A DNA stretch of 64,000 nucleotides, taken from positions 22,630,001 to 22,694,000 of the forward strand of contig NC_043012.1 of the NCBI RefSeq assembly GCF_006345805.1. The letters run 5' to 3'. Made by a program: the position numbers and the translations under genes. The notes under the pieces were generated by a model. That model was not told the origin of the DNA. It saw only the letters and a list, made by a program, of their open reading frames with translations, and did not search any database. Within the stretch, counting starts at the first letter, position 1, and every line of letters starts with the position of its first letter. This stretch comes from Octopus sinensis. Its lineage: Eukaryota. Below are positions 13,026-24,591 of this stretch, one piece after another.

Positions 13026-13850
13026 CACACACCCACAGAAAGAGAGAGTGAGAGAGAGAGAGACAGACAGAGAGAGAGATAATGAGAGTGAGAGATAGAG
13101 AGGGCAAGAGATAGAGATAGATAGTTAGAGAGAGGGAGAGATAGATAGATAGAGAGAGAGAGAGGGAGAGAGAGAGATAAAGAGAGTGAGTGATAGATAG
13201 TTTGAGAGAGAGAGAGAGAGAGAGAGAGGGAACACTGTATCAAGCAAGCTATGTTTTTTATACATTGCCAGTCACATTGTGCTTCTTTGCATTGTTTTAG
13301 GTTTTGAATGATGCTATCCCACTGGCTAGGCAAGAAAGCCAACATCCCCCCTAATTGGAAGGTCATTCCATTGCAGGGTGACCCCTATTTACAGCTGAGT
13401 GAACTGGAGCAACGTGAAATGGAGTGTTTCACTCAAGGACACAGTACATTGCTGGTTTAAAAAACAAAACCATGTTCTTGCAATTGTAGTGCAACACCCA
13501 AACTGCTATGCTGCATGTCCAATTAGGGGGGATGTTGGCTTTCTTGCCTAGCCAGTGGGATAGCATCATTCAAAACCTAAAACAATGCAAAGAAGCACAA
13601 TGTGACTGGCAATGTATAAAAAACATAGCTTGCTTGATACAGTGTTCCCTCTCTCTCTCTCTCTCTCTCTCAAACTATCTATCACTCACTCTCTTTATCT
13701 CTCTCTCTCCCTCTCTCTCTCTCTATCTATCTATCTCTCCCTCTCTCTAACTATCTATCTCTATCTCTTGCCCTCTCTATCTCTCACTCTCATTATCTCT
13801 CTCTCTGTCTGTCTCTCTCTCTCTCACTCTCTCTTTCTGTGTGTGTGTGT
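13026..13850. repeat. Inverted duplication, arms ~13026-13359 and ~13518-13850
   Basis: The ORF track gives the identical peptide QLGGMLAFLPSQWDSIIQNLKQCKEAQCDWQCIKNIACLIQCSLSL on both strands, and the (GA)/(GATA) tract is mirrored as well. Confidence 0.9.
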
Positions 13851-14480
13851 GTGTAGATGTACACCCTTTGTCTAGGGTGATGGTCATAAATAAGCATTAT
13901 CATCATATAAGTTAGGTTGTTTGGAGTCTTCCTTGAGAAACATGTCTAGCCATGGGAGAAGCAATAACCTTGCTTGGAAATAGGTGAGGGTTGGCACCAG
14001 GAAAGGCATCCCATCATCATCATCATCCTCGTTTAACATCTGCTTTCCATGTTGGCATGGGTTAGACAGCTTGACTGGAACTGCTAAGCCAGAGAGCTAT
14101 ACCAGGTTCCAGTCTGAATATGGCTTAGTTTCTACAGCTGGATGCCCTTCCAAATGCTAACCACTCTGAGGGTGTAGTGAGTGGTGTTAATGTGTCAGTG
14201 GCATGGGTGCTTTTACCTATCACTGGTATGGAAGCTGGAATGTGTGTTTGGCACTGACCACAACTATGACTTCACTTGGCTTGATGTGTCTCCTCATGCA
14301 CAGCATATTGCCAGAGGTCACAGTCATTAGTCATTGCCGTCGTGAAGCCCACATTCAAAGATCATGCTTCACCACCTCATCCCCTGTTTTCCTGGGTCTA
14401 CCTCTTCCACGGGTTCCCACCACAGTTAGAGATCAGAACTTCTTTACACAGCTGTCCTTGTTCATACACATTACATGACC

Positions 14481-14718
14481 ATACCTGTTACTTTACTACC
14501 CACAAGGGGCTAAACACAGAGAGGACAAACAAGGACAGACAAATGGATTAAGTAGATTATATCAACCCCAGTGCATAACTGGTACTTATTTAATCGACCC
14601 CGAAAGGATGAAAGACAAAGTCGACCTTGGGGGAATTTGAACACAGAACGTAGCGGCAGACGAAATACTGCTAAGCATTTTGCCTGGCGTGCTAACGTTT
14701 CTGCCAGTTCGCTGCCTT
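14481..14718 (-). mobile_element. Full-length family A SINE
   Basis: Reverse complement of the 12005-12242 family. Confidence 0.85.
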
Positions 14719-15546
14719 CATTACACTGGTATGGTCATTACATGACCATACCAGTGCAGATAGCCCTCTTGTACACCACATCTGATGCCTCTTATGCCCA
14801 ATTTGTCATGCATGCACATGGACATTGCACATCCAGCGGAGCATACTAGAACCATTCCTTTCAAGCCTTCGCATGTCTTGGCTGCAGGAAATCTGCCTCA
14901 AGAATTCCATCTGACCCATGCCAGCATAGAAAAGGGTTATTAAAACACGATGATAATGATGATGATTGACACAGACTTCTGCTCATGTTGCAGAAACATG
15001 TGGGCAACATGTTAAAATAATGGAGGATTTCAAAACAGTAAATGTAATTAATGATTAGTGCCCTTCAGCTGACACTCGTTAGATTTTAAGTTTAGTTTAA
15101 ATTTGGGAGAATATTACTTTGCTTGAAACAGAGAAGGATTGGTGACAGGGAAGGCATCCAGCTACAGAAATTCTTTCAGACCTATGCATGGCAAAGTAGA
15201 TGTTAGATAATGATGATGATGATGATGATGATCATAGAATATAGGATTATAAAGAATTAATATATTTGAAAATTCCCCTGTTGTTGTTGTTAGAAGAGTG
15301 ACAGTTAGGAGAGAGGAGGGGGAAATTGGTAAGATGGCAGCAGTTATAGAATTAGAAGAGATGAAGGCTGGTGGCTTGATTGTTTGGAGAGAGTAAAAAT
15401 TCAGTTTCTTAGCTCGAACCAATCACTAATGAATTGTTGGAACGTTTAATAACTCTTCTCTGGTTCTTTGATCAAAGATAAACACAGAATGAAAGCACTG
15501 GAAACCAACAATTCAACTGGGTTAAAAATGTATGAAAATATATCAG

Positions 15547-15592
<46 letters not shown>

Positions 15593-16277
15593 TGTGATTT
15601 ATAGAGCCTTTCTTTAATCCTTCCTCAATTGAACAGACAGCCAGCAATAGCATTTACAACAGTAATGTCTTTGTATATGAGAAAGAGAGAGGATGGATAG
15701 GGAGGAAGACAGAGAGAGAGAGAGAGAGAGAGATGAGTGACCAGTGACCAGCAGTCCGTCCAGCAAGTGACCACGCAACTGTTCAGCTTTAGTTAATCAG
15801 AAGATGAAGACAATGTGAAGCACAAATGAAGTCATAGGGCAGAGAAGAGGAGGGTTGAATAGTGTGGGAAACGGCCATTCTGAATAGATTATCCTTTGCA
15901 AATCCTCTTCCACTCAGATTTTCAAGGCAATCGTATCCGTCCGTTCCTTCAGCATTACTGGCTGATATTATCTGATTTTGTATTGGAACGTTTGAAAATA
16001 TGCGAAACCATGCACCTTGTGAAAGGTGAAGTTGCCAGCGCAAAAGGAAGTGTGTGGTGGTGGTGGTGGTGGTGGTGGGGGCTGAAAATGAGAGGGGGGG
16101 GGAGAAGGGGGTGGGTAGGGGGGGGGGAGACATGTCATGTGGTGTAAGTGTTTAACAGTCTTATTTGTAAAGATTAAGTACAAACACAGATAAGAAGAAA
16201 CAAATACAATCACGTACTTTTAGCACCAACTCCAATCTTTTCAACTGTAAATACTAAGCATATCTATAAATGTAACA

Positions 16278-16300
16278 CACAACACACACACACTCATATA

Positions 16301-16362
<62 letters not shown>

Positions 16363-16478
16363 CCATAAACACACATACATATATATATATAATACAAAAC
16401 TCATACACGTACAAACTTATAAAATACATAGAAAACCCATACACACACACACATAAACTCATATACATATAAACTCAT

Positions 16479-16523
<45 letters not shown>

Positions 16524-16830
16524 TATATATATATAAACTCATACATACAAACCCAGACATACACACACACACACACACTTATATACATATAAACCTATGA
16601 ACACACACACACACCACACATAAACTCATATACATATAAACCCAGACACACACATGCTTATATACATATAAACCATAGACACACACATATGTACAAACTT
16701 ATACACACACACACACACACACACAAACACATATAAATTCATACATATAAACCCAGACATGCACACACATACAAATTCATATACATATAGACCCATAACA
16801 ACACACACCCTAAATAATAAACTTGTATAT

Positions 16831-16902
<72 letters not shown>

Positions 16903-17330
16903 CAAATGCAGCTATATAAAAGAAAACTCTCCATTGAAATCATTTATTACACATTCTCAGGTTTATTTTTGTCTTTATGAGAGTAATCTGACTATAAGTG
17001 TAGGTAGGTGTGTGTGAGTGTGTGTACCAATACACACACACACGTCTGTGAGTCTACAAGTATAAAACTGTATTTGTGCTTGTGTGTACTTAAGATGTAT
17101 TTGCAACTAAATGTATTCTTATAGCAGTGTTAACAAAATGTGGGTAAAACAGTTCTAAATGATTAAATATTCTTAACAAATTTCTTCAAAATATATGATG
17201 TGAATACATAGATACATAAATACACACACACACACGTGCACTCACATACATACATATATCATCTATCTATCTCTCTATCTATCATATATATATTTATAAT
17301 ATATATATATAATATATATATATATATCAT
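16278..17330. repeat. (TA)/(CA) mosaic with a recurring ataaactcatatacatataaacccagacacac minisatellite-like unit
   Basis: The motif recurs with variation about 6-8 times between ~16340 and 16830. Confidence 0.75.
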
Positions 17331-17978
17331 CATCATCATCACCATTTAACGTCCGTTTTCCATGCTAGCATGGGTTGGATGGTTCAACTGGGGTCTGGGA
17401 TGCCAGGAGGTTGCACCAGGCCCCAATCTGATCTGGCAGTGTTTCTACAGCTGGATGCCCTTCTTAAGGCCAACCACTCTGAGAATGTAGTGGGTGCTTT
17501 TTACGTACCACCGGCATGGAGCCAGTCAAGACAGTACTGGCATCAGCCATATTCAGATGGTGCTTTTTATGTGCTACTGGCACAGGGATCACAACTACAA
17601 TTTCCATTCGATTTTCATTTTGATGTTGATGTTGATGTACTTGACTCAATAGGCCTCCTCAAGCACAGCATGTCACCCTATGATCCAAGGTACTTATGAA
17701 TGGGCTGGGGCTGGTTATGCGAAACTGGTGTAGGGTACCACTGTGAACTCACTTTATTTGCTGGGTCCTCACAGTTTACAATATATATATATATTATATA
17801 TATATAATATATATATATATACGGATTAAACACATAAATGTGAAACAAGGTGGAAAAAGAGTACTCAAATACCAGTGGTTAGAGTAATATGCTTTATTTA
17901 AATATCACACGGCAATGGGAAACTCAGAGTAACAGGTTTTGTTGAATTTTCTGCTGCTTTAAATAAAGTATATATATC

Positions 17979-18012
<34 letters not shown>

Positions 18013-18169
18013 CAAGCCAAGAAAAACTGTAGTCATGGCCAATGTTGGTGACATGTAAAAGGCACCCACTACACTCTTGGAGTCATTGGCATTAGGAAGG
18101 CCATCCAGTCATAGAAACCATGCCAAGCCAGATTGGAACCTGGTGCAGCCCTCCCGCTTACCAGTTCCA

Positions 18170-18224
<55 letters not shown>

Positions 18225-18711
18225 TTAGCAGAGTCAAAGGTTAAAATAACCTTCTAAGGAACAGAAATATCCATTACAGGGTATCTCACTATTTATTTTT
18301 TGTTTTTTTTTATTGTTTATCCATTCTGCCCCCTGCCCCCCCCCCCCCATCCACCCCTGCTGTACAAAAGATTAATTTACCAATTGCCATTTTAGTTTAG
18401 TCATTTACTTAACATGCCAAAGAGATACACAAGCAAAATGGTAGGACTACAATCACATTCAGCTTTTCCCTTTTTCTCCTCTATGCTCTTCTTCTTTATT
18501 TATTCCTCACTCTGATGAAACCCCATTTTCCAGATCGGGTTTATTACAAATATGATAAATATTTTTTAACATATCAATGGCAATACCAAACAAAATTGGA
18601 AGCAGAAACAGCTGTTAGATGGGATGCAGTCTATTTGTATTGAATTAATAAATAATAAATGATGGAAGTCAATTGTTGTTCATCAATATTTCTCCATTTT
18701 CTCCAAAATTC

Positions 18712-18960
18712 CTTGTAAATACCAAAGATGAACTGAAAGCAAGTATTATGGCAGCATTCACCAACTTAAACAAGGAGACCGTCCAGGAGAGTTGCAGGAG
18801 ACTGCGAAGTTGTCTGGAGGCCATGGTTGAAGCCAATGGAGATTTTATTGAATAAATTTACTCTTTAGTATTTTTAAAGATATTTTTATATAATTTTGAT
18901 AAATATATCTACTAAAATGAGATGTCAGTGTTATTTACATTTTTGCATAATTGAGATGAC
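18712..18960 (+). pseudogene. 3' fragment of a maT/DD37D-like transposon
   Basis: NTKDELKASIMAAFTNLNKETVQESCRRLRSCLEAMVEANGDFIE* is a typical IS630-Tc1-mariner C-terminus. Confidence 0.75.
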
Positions 18961-18976
18961 AGTATATATACATAGT

Positions 18977-19054
<78 letters not shown>

Positions 19055-19308
19055 GTATATATTTTATATATATATATATGTATATAGTAACTATTAGTAT
19101 ATAGTATATATGTATATAGTATATATTATGACCCCAAATGACATTTGTCCGGCCAGCCTACCCACCAATACACACACTCAGTGACACCAGAATGGACAGA
19201 GAGCTAAAATTCTTAGAAAACCCTAGGGGGTCCAGCAGGCCAAAGGAAATACTTCTTCTTCCCTCTCCCCCTCCCTTTTTCTCTTTAGCCTCCGATACAC
19301 AACGCACA

Positions 19309-19344
<36 letters not shown>

Positions 19345-19600
19345 ACATGTTCTCTCTCTCACTTCCTCCTCACCCACCTCACCCTCTTATACTGTCTTGT
19401 TCCTCCCCACTACTACGAAACTCTATAAAATGATCAAATTCCCCACAAGGGATTAATTTGATTTGAAAACCCCACTGGAATGGGAAACGCTAATAATCAG
19501 AATGATATGATCTGAATGATATGATATATAGTAAAAAAAAATGTAATATATATAAATATCTATAAATATGAACCATCCGATCTTCTGATTACCTCATTTC

Positions 19601-19634
<34 letters not shown>

Positions 19635-20070
19635 CTTTTTTTTATTAAAGCTGCAAAAACAGCAAAAAACTATGGCTCAGATTTTTATGTTCTCGCTTGT
19701 TGGACAGTTGGATTTGAGAACAATTTTTTCTCCCTTGCCTTGCATTTATGTGCTTTACTCATGTAAATATGCTGGTGACTGAAACTGTTGACATGTAGAA
19801 AGCACCCACTACATTCTCAGAATGGCTGGTTTTAGGAAGGTCATCCAGCTGTAGAAACCAAGCCAAATTCAGACAGGAGTCTGGTGTAACTCCTTTAACT
19901 AACCAGTTCCAGCTAAACAGTCAAACTCATGCCAGTATGGAAAGTAGATGTTAAATGATGATGATGATGATGATATATACATATACCACTGGTGGTACCC
20001 CAGCATGGCCATAGCCTTAGGGTTGAAACATATAAAAAAATAAAAGAATATATATATATATATATATATA

Positions 20071-20478
20071 GGCACAGGAGTGGCTGTGTGGTAAGTAGCT
20101 TGCTAACCAACCACATGGTTCCGGGTTCAGTCCCACTGCGTGGCATCTTGGGCAAGTGTCTTCTGCTATAGCCCCGGGCCAACCAATGCCTTGTGAGTGG
20201 ATTTGGTCGACGGAAACTGAAAGAAGCCTGTCGTATATATGTATGTATATATATATATGTATGCGTGTGTTTGTGTGTCTGTGTTTGTCCCCCTAGCATT
20301 ACTTCACAACCGATGCTGGTGTGTTTACGTCCCCGTCACTTAGCGGTTCGGCAAAATAGACCGATAGAATAAGTACTAGGCTTACAAAGAATAAGTTCCG
20401 GGGTCGATTTGCTCGACTAAAGGCGGTGCTCCAGCATGGCCAAAGTCAAAATGACTGTAACAAGTAAAATAGAGAGAA
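20071..20478 (+). mobile_element. Near-intact family B CORE-type SINE
   Basis: Complete head, CORE-like block, internal (TA)/(TG) tract, and tail ...gcggtgctccagcatggcc...gactgtaacaagtaaaa. Confidence 0.9.
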
Positions 20479-20774
20479 ATATATATATATATACACACAC
20501 ACATGTATATCATTTGTGTGTACTTGTGTAGAAGCATGTGCACTATTATATATAAAAAATGTAAATCGAAACATAGATAAAGAGACATTTGAATAAATTA
20601 TAATAAAGATGATGATATCGTACAGAGTGCTCAGGTGTATGATAATATGTTGGATAATGGTGGTAGAAATAGAAGGTGAGAAGGTGTCAAAATAAAGAAA
20701 AACTGCAATGAAAGTTAAAAGTACACAGGTTCAAACAGAATAAGGCAGAAAAGTGAACTGTGAAAGAGTCCAGA

Positions 20775-22637
20775 CTCTGGCAGAAACGTTAGTACGCCGG
20801 GCGAAATGCTTAGCGGTATTTCGTCTGCCGTTACGTTGTGAGTTCAAATTCCGCGAGGGTCGACTTGCCTTTATCCTTCGGGGGTCGATTAAATTAAGTA
20901 CCAGTTACGCATGGGGTCGATGTAATCGACTTAATCCTTTGTCTGTCTTGTTTGTTCCTCTATGTTTAGCTCCTTGGGGGTAGTAAAGAACTAGGTATTT
21001 CGTTCTGCGGTACGTTGTGAGTTCAAATTCCGAGGGTCGACTTTGCCTTTCATCCTTCCGGGGTCGATAAATTAGTACCAGTTACGCACTGGGGTCGATG
21101 TAATCGACTTAATCCCTTTGTCTGTCCTTGTTGTTCCCTCTATGTTTAGCTCTTGTGGGTAAGTAAAGAATAGGTATTGTATGCTGTTACGTTCTGAGTT
21201 CAAATTCCGCGAGGTCGACTTTGCCTTTCATCCTTTCGGGGTCGATAAATTAAGTACCAGTACGCACTGGGGTCGATGTAATCGACTCAATAACTTTGTC
21301 TGTCCTGTTGTTCCCTCTATGTTTAGATCCTTGTGGGTAAGTAAAGAACTAGGTATTCGTCTGCTGTTACGTTCTGAGTTCAAATTCCGCCGAAGGTCGA
21401 CTTGCCTTTCATCCTTCCGGGGTCGATAAATAAGTACCATTACGCCCTGGGGTCGATGTAATCGACTTAATCCTTTGTCTGTCCTTGTTTGTTTCCTCTT
21501 GTTAGCTCCTTGTGGGTAGTAAAGAACTAGGTATTCGTCTGCTGTTACGTTCTGAGTTCAAATTCCGCAGAGGTCGACTTTGCCTATTCATCTTTTCGGG
21601 GTCGATAAATAAGTACCAGTTACGCACTGGGGTCGATGTGTAATCGACTTAATCCCTTTGTCGGTCCTTGTTTGTTCCCTCTATGTTTAGCTCCTTGTGG
21701 TAGTAATAAAGAACTAGGTATTTCGTCTGATGGTACGTTCTGAGTTCAAATTCCGCCGAGGTCGACTTTGCCTTTCATCTTCCCGGGGTCGATAAATTAA
21801 GTACCAGTTACGCACTGGGGTCGATGTAATCGACTTAATCCATTTGTCTTGCCTTGTTTGTTCCCTCTATGTTAGCTCCTTGTGGGTAATAAAGAACTAG
21901 GTTATTTCGTCTGCTGTTACGTTCTGAGTTCAGTTCAAATTCGCCGAGGTCGACTTGCTTTTCATCCTTCCGGGGTCGATAAATTAAGTACCAGTTACGC
22001 ACTGGGGTCGATGTAATCGACTTAATCCCTTTGTCTGTCCTTGTTTGTTCCCTCTATGTTTAGCTCCTTGTGGGTAGTAAAGAACTAGGTATTTCGTCTG
22101 CTGTTACGTTCTGAGTTCAAATTCCGCCGAGGTCGACTTTGCCTTTCATCCTTTCGGGGTCGATAAATTAAGTACCAGTTACGCACTGGGGTCGATGTAA
22201 TCGACTTAATCCCTTTGTCTGTCCTTGTTTGTTCCCTCTATGTTTAGCTCCTTGTGGGTAATAAAGAACTAGGTATTTCGTCTGCTGTTACGTTCTGAGT
22301 TCAAATTCCGCCGAGGTCGACTTCGCCTTTCATCCTTCGGGGTCGATAAATTAAGTACCAGTTACGCACTGGGGTCGATGTAATCGACTTAATCCCTTTG
22401 TCTGTCCTTGTTTGTTCCCTCTATGTTTAGCTCCTTGTGGGTAATAAAGAACTAGGTATTTCGTCTGCTGTTACGTTGTGAGTTCAAATTCCGCCGAGGT
22501 CGACTTCGCCTTTCATCCTTTCGGGGTCGATAAATTAAGTACCAGTTACGCACTGGGGTCGATGTAATCGACTTAATCCCTTTGTCTGTCCTTGTTTGTT
22601 CCCTCTATGTTTAGCTCCTTGTGGGTAGTAAAGAAAT
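20775..22637 (+). repeat. Tandem array of ten ~180 bp family A SINE monomers; only the first has a partial head
   Basis: Unit starts at ~20815, 20995, 21173, 21352, 21531, 21717, 21900, 22088, 22271 and 22453. Confidence 0.95.
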
Positions 22638-23223
22638 ATATATTGAGGGCTAGCAGTCGGCAAGTGCATGTCTTCAGGATCGTTTGGCATGATGCCGGAG
22701 ACGTCAGCCGAAGACGCCGTCAGCCCGGCAGGTGGCCGCCACCTTCACGCCACCTTGCTTTCCCCATTCGTCTATGCGCCATGGAGATGCCAGCGGCAGC
22801 CATAGAGAGAAGAGGGTGCATAGGTACATAAGGGATAGTTTTGATAAATTTTGAGAAGTGTGGAATTTTTTGAAGGAGACTCTATCCTGACAACTAACAA
22901 CCAATATAGTTTATTCCATGCTTTGATAAGTCTGAGAATGAAGAAGTGTTTCTGAAAGTCAGGTGTGCTCTGCTATGAATCCTCTGTAACATAATTACAG
23001 CTAGAGGACCAAAAGGGGTTAATAATATTTGCATCAGAAATGTGCCTCAAAAAAATCCAAAGACAAATCTGTAACGAAGTGACGATGCTCATAAATGATA
23101 AAATCTATTTAACTGTCCGTTTTTCCAATCATCAGATTCTATGTCTATTTGTTTATTCATATGTGGAGATGCATATATCAACACTGGTCATCAAGTAGTG
23201 GTGGTGGGAGGGGGTCAAATGGA

Positions 23224-23259
<36 letters not shown>

Positions 23260-24535
23260 TACACATTTACATATGTTGGGCTTCCACACAGTTTCTGTCT
23301 ACTAAATTCACTCACAAGACATTGGTTGGCCAGGGGCTATAGTAGAAAACACTTGCCCAAGGTGTCATGCAGTAGAACTGAACCTGGAACCATGTAGTTG
23401 GGAAGCAGACTTCTTACCATACAACCATTCTTTCATAAATATAAACCATCATAAAACAAATTTGAAAAAAGTGGTTATTTTTGTGTGCAGTTATAAAAAC
23501 ATATTCTGTGGCATGGAGCCCTTGTCCTACAAGATCCAGTCCTTGTACTGGAGTGGAGACTGGTGGGTGTCAATGACCCTGAGAGCTATGCCAGTAGAGG
23601 GCTACAACTGCCACTGTGTGTGTATGTGTGCATGTGTGAGTGTGTGTGTGTGTGTGTTTATGGGAATGTGGACATGAGAACCTCTTTGATGTAGGTGCTA
23701 TGACATGATGCATCCAGTATGCTCTGTAAGGTGTTTAATGACAGGAAAGGCATCCAGCTGTAGATATCAAGTGAAATTAAACCATACAACAAGGTGTGGT
23801 GCTCCAGCTCATTTAGGAGAGCAGTACCTCAGAACAAGAACTGGCTATGACCATAGTGATGCATCCAAATCATGGAAAGTAGACAGAAAATGATGATGAT
23901 GATGGTAGCAATAGTGGGAGTAGTGAGGTTGTTGTCGTTGTTGGTGGTGGTGGTGGTTGTAATGACGATGTTGATGATGATGGGTAAACCACTAGGATTA
24001 TTTCTAATATAATATAATATAATCCCCCAAATTATCAGAAACACTGACATCATTAGTTATTGTCTGTCATTGCCTTAAAAACGCTGGCCACAGCCACAAA
24101 CAACAACAGCAGCAACAACAACAACAACTAACACTACTGCCGATGAACAACTAATTTAATTGCAACTACTCTGGCTAAAAGCAAATATTGAATAACCTTT
24201 CACCTTTGTACAAGACAGGTTGAACTCTTAGTTTACTAATTACTGCCTAATGTTATTGCTGTGTTTCATTGACACAATATCTACACCCATTCACCACTGA
24301 CAATAATATCGCTGTAACCAGTTCAACGCTGATTTCATGGCAAGGTTAAACACTCTGGTTGAACCTTGAATAACTGTTAATTGCTTGGCTTTTCATTGAC
24401 GTGTGCTTGTATGTGTCTGTGTGTGTGTGTGTAGAGAGAGAGAGCGAGAGAGAGAGAAAAAGAAAGACAAAGAGAGATTATGGATATACATATATATGTG
24501 TTATCTCTGAGTGTGTATGTGTGCACGTGTGTGTG

Positions 24536-24591
<56 letters not shown>

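Noticed and set aside
15789-16133. 114 aa minus-strand ORF in a unique, mildly CpG-rich segment
   Set aside because: It starts in G/C and (GGT)n runs, has no recognisable domain and no convincing splice structure. It may be UTR or regulatory DNA, but this cannot be supported.
18505-18560. CTGATGA motif as a hammerhead (related copy at ~62310-62345 on the minus strand; also CTGAAGA at ~57684)
   Set aside because: No GAAA or stem III follows in any of these copies.
20775-22637. Possible CRISPR array or hammerhead retrozyme array
   Set aside because: The units are contiguous SINE copies with no unique spacers, and I found no CUGANGA...GAAA core on either strand.
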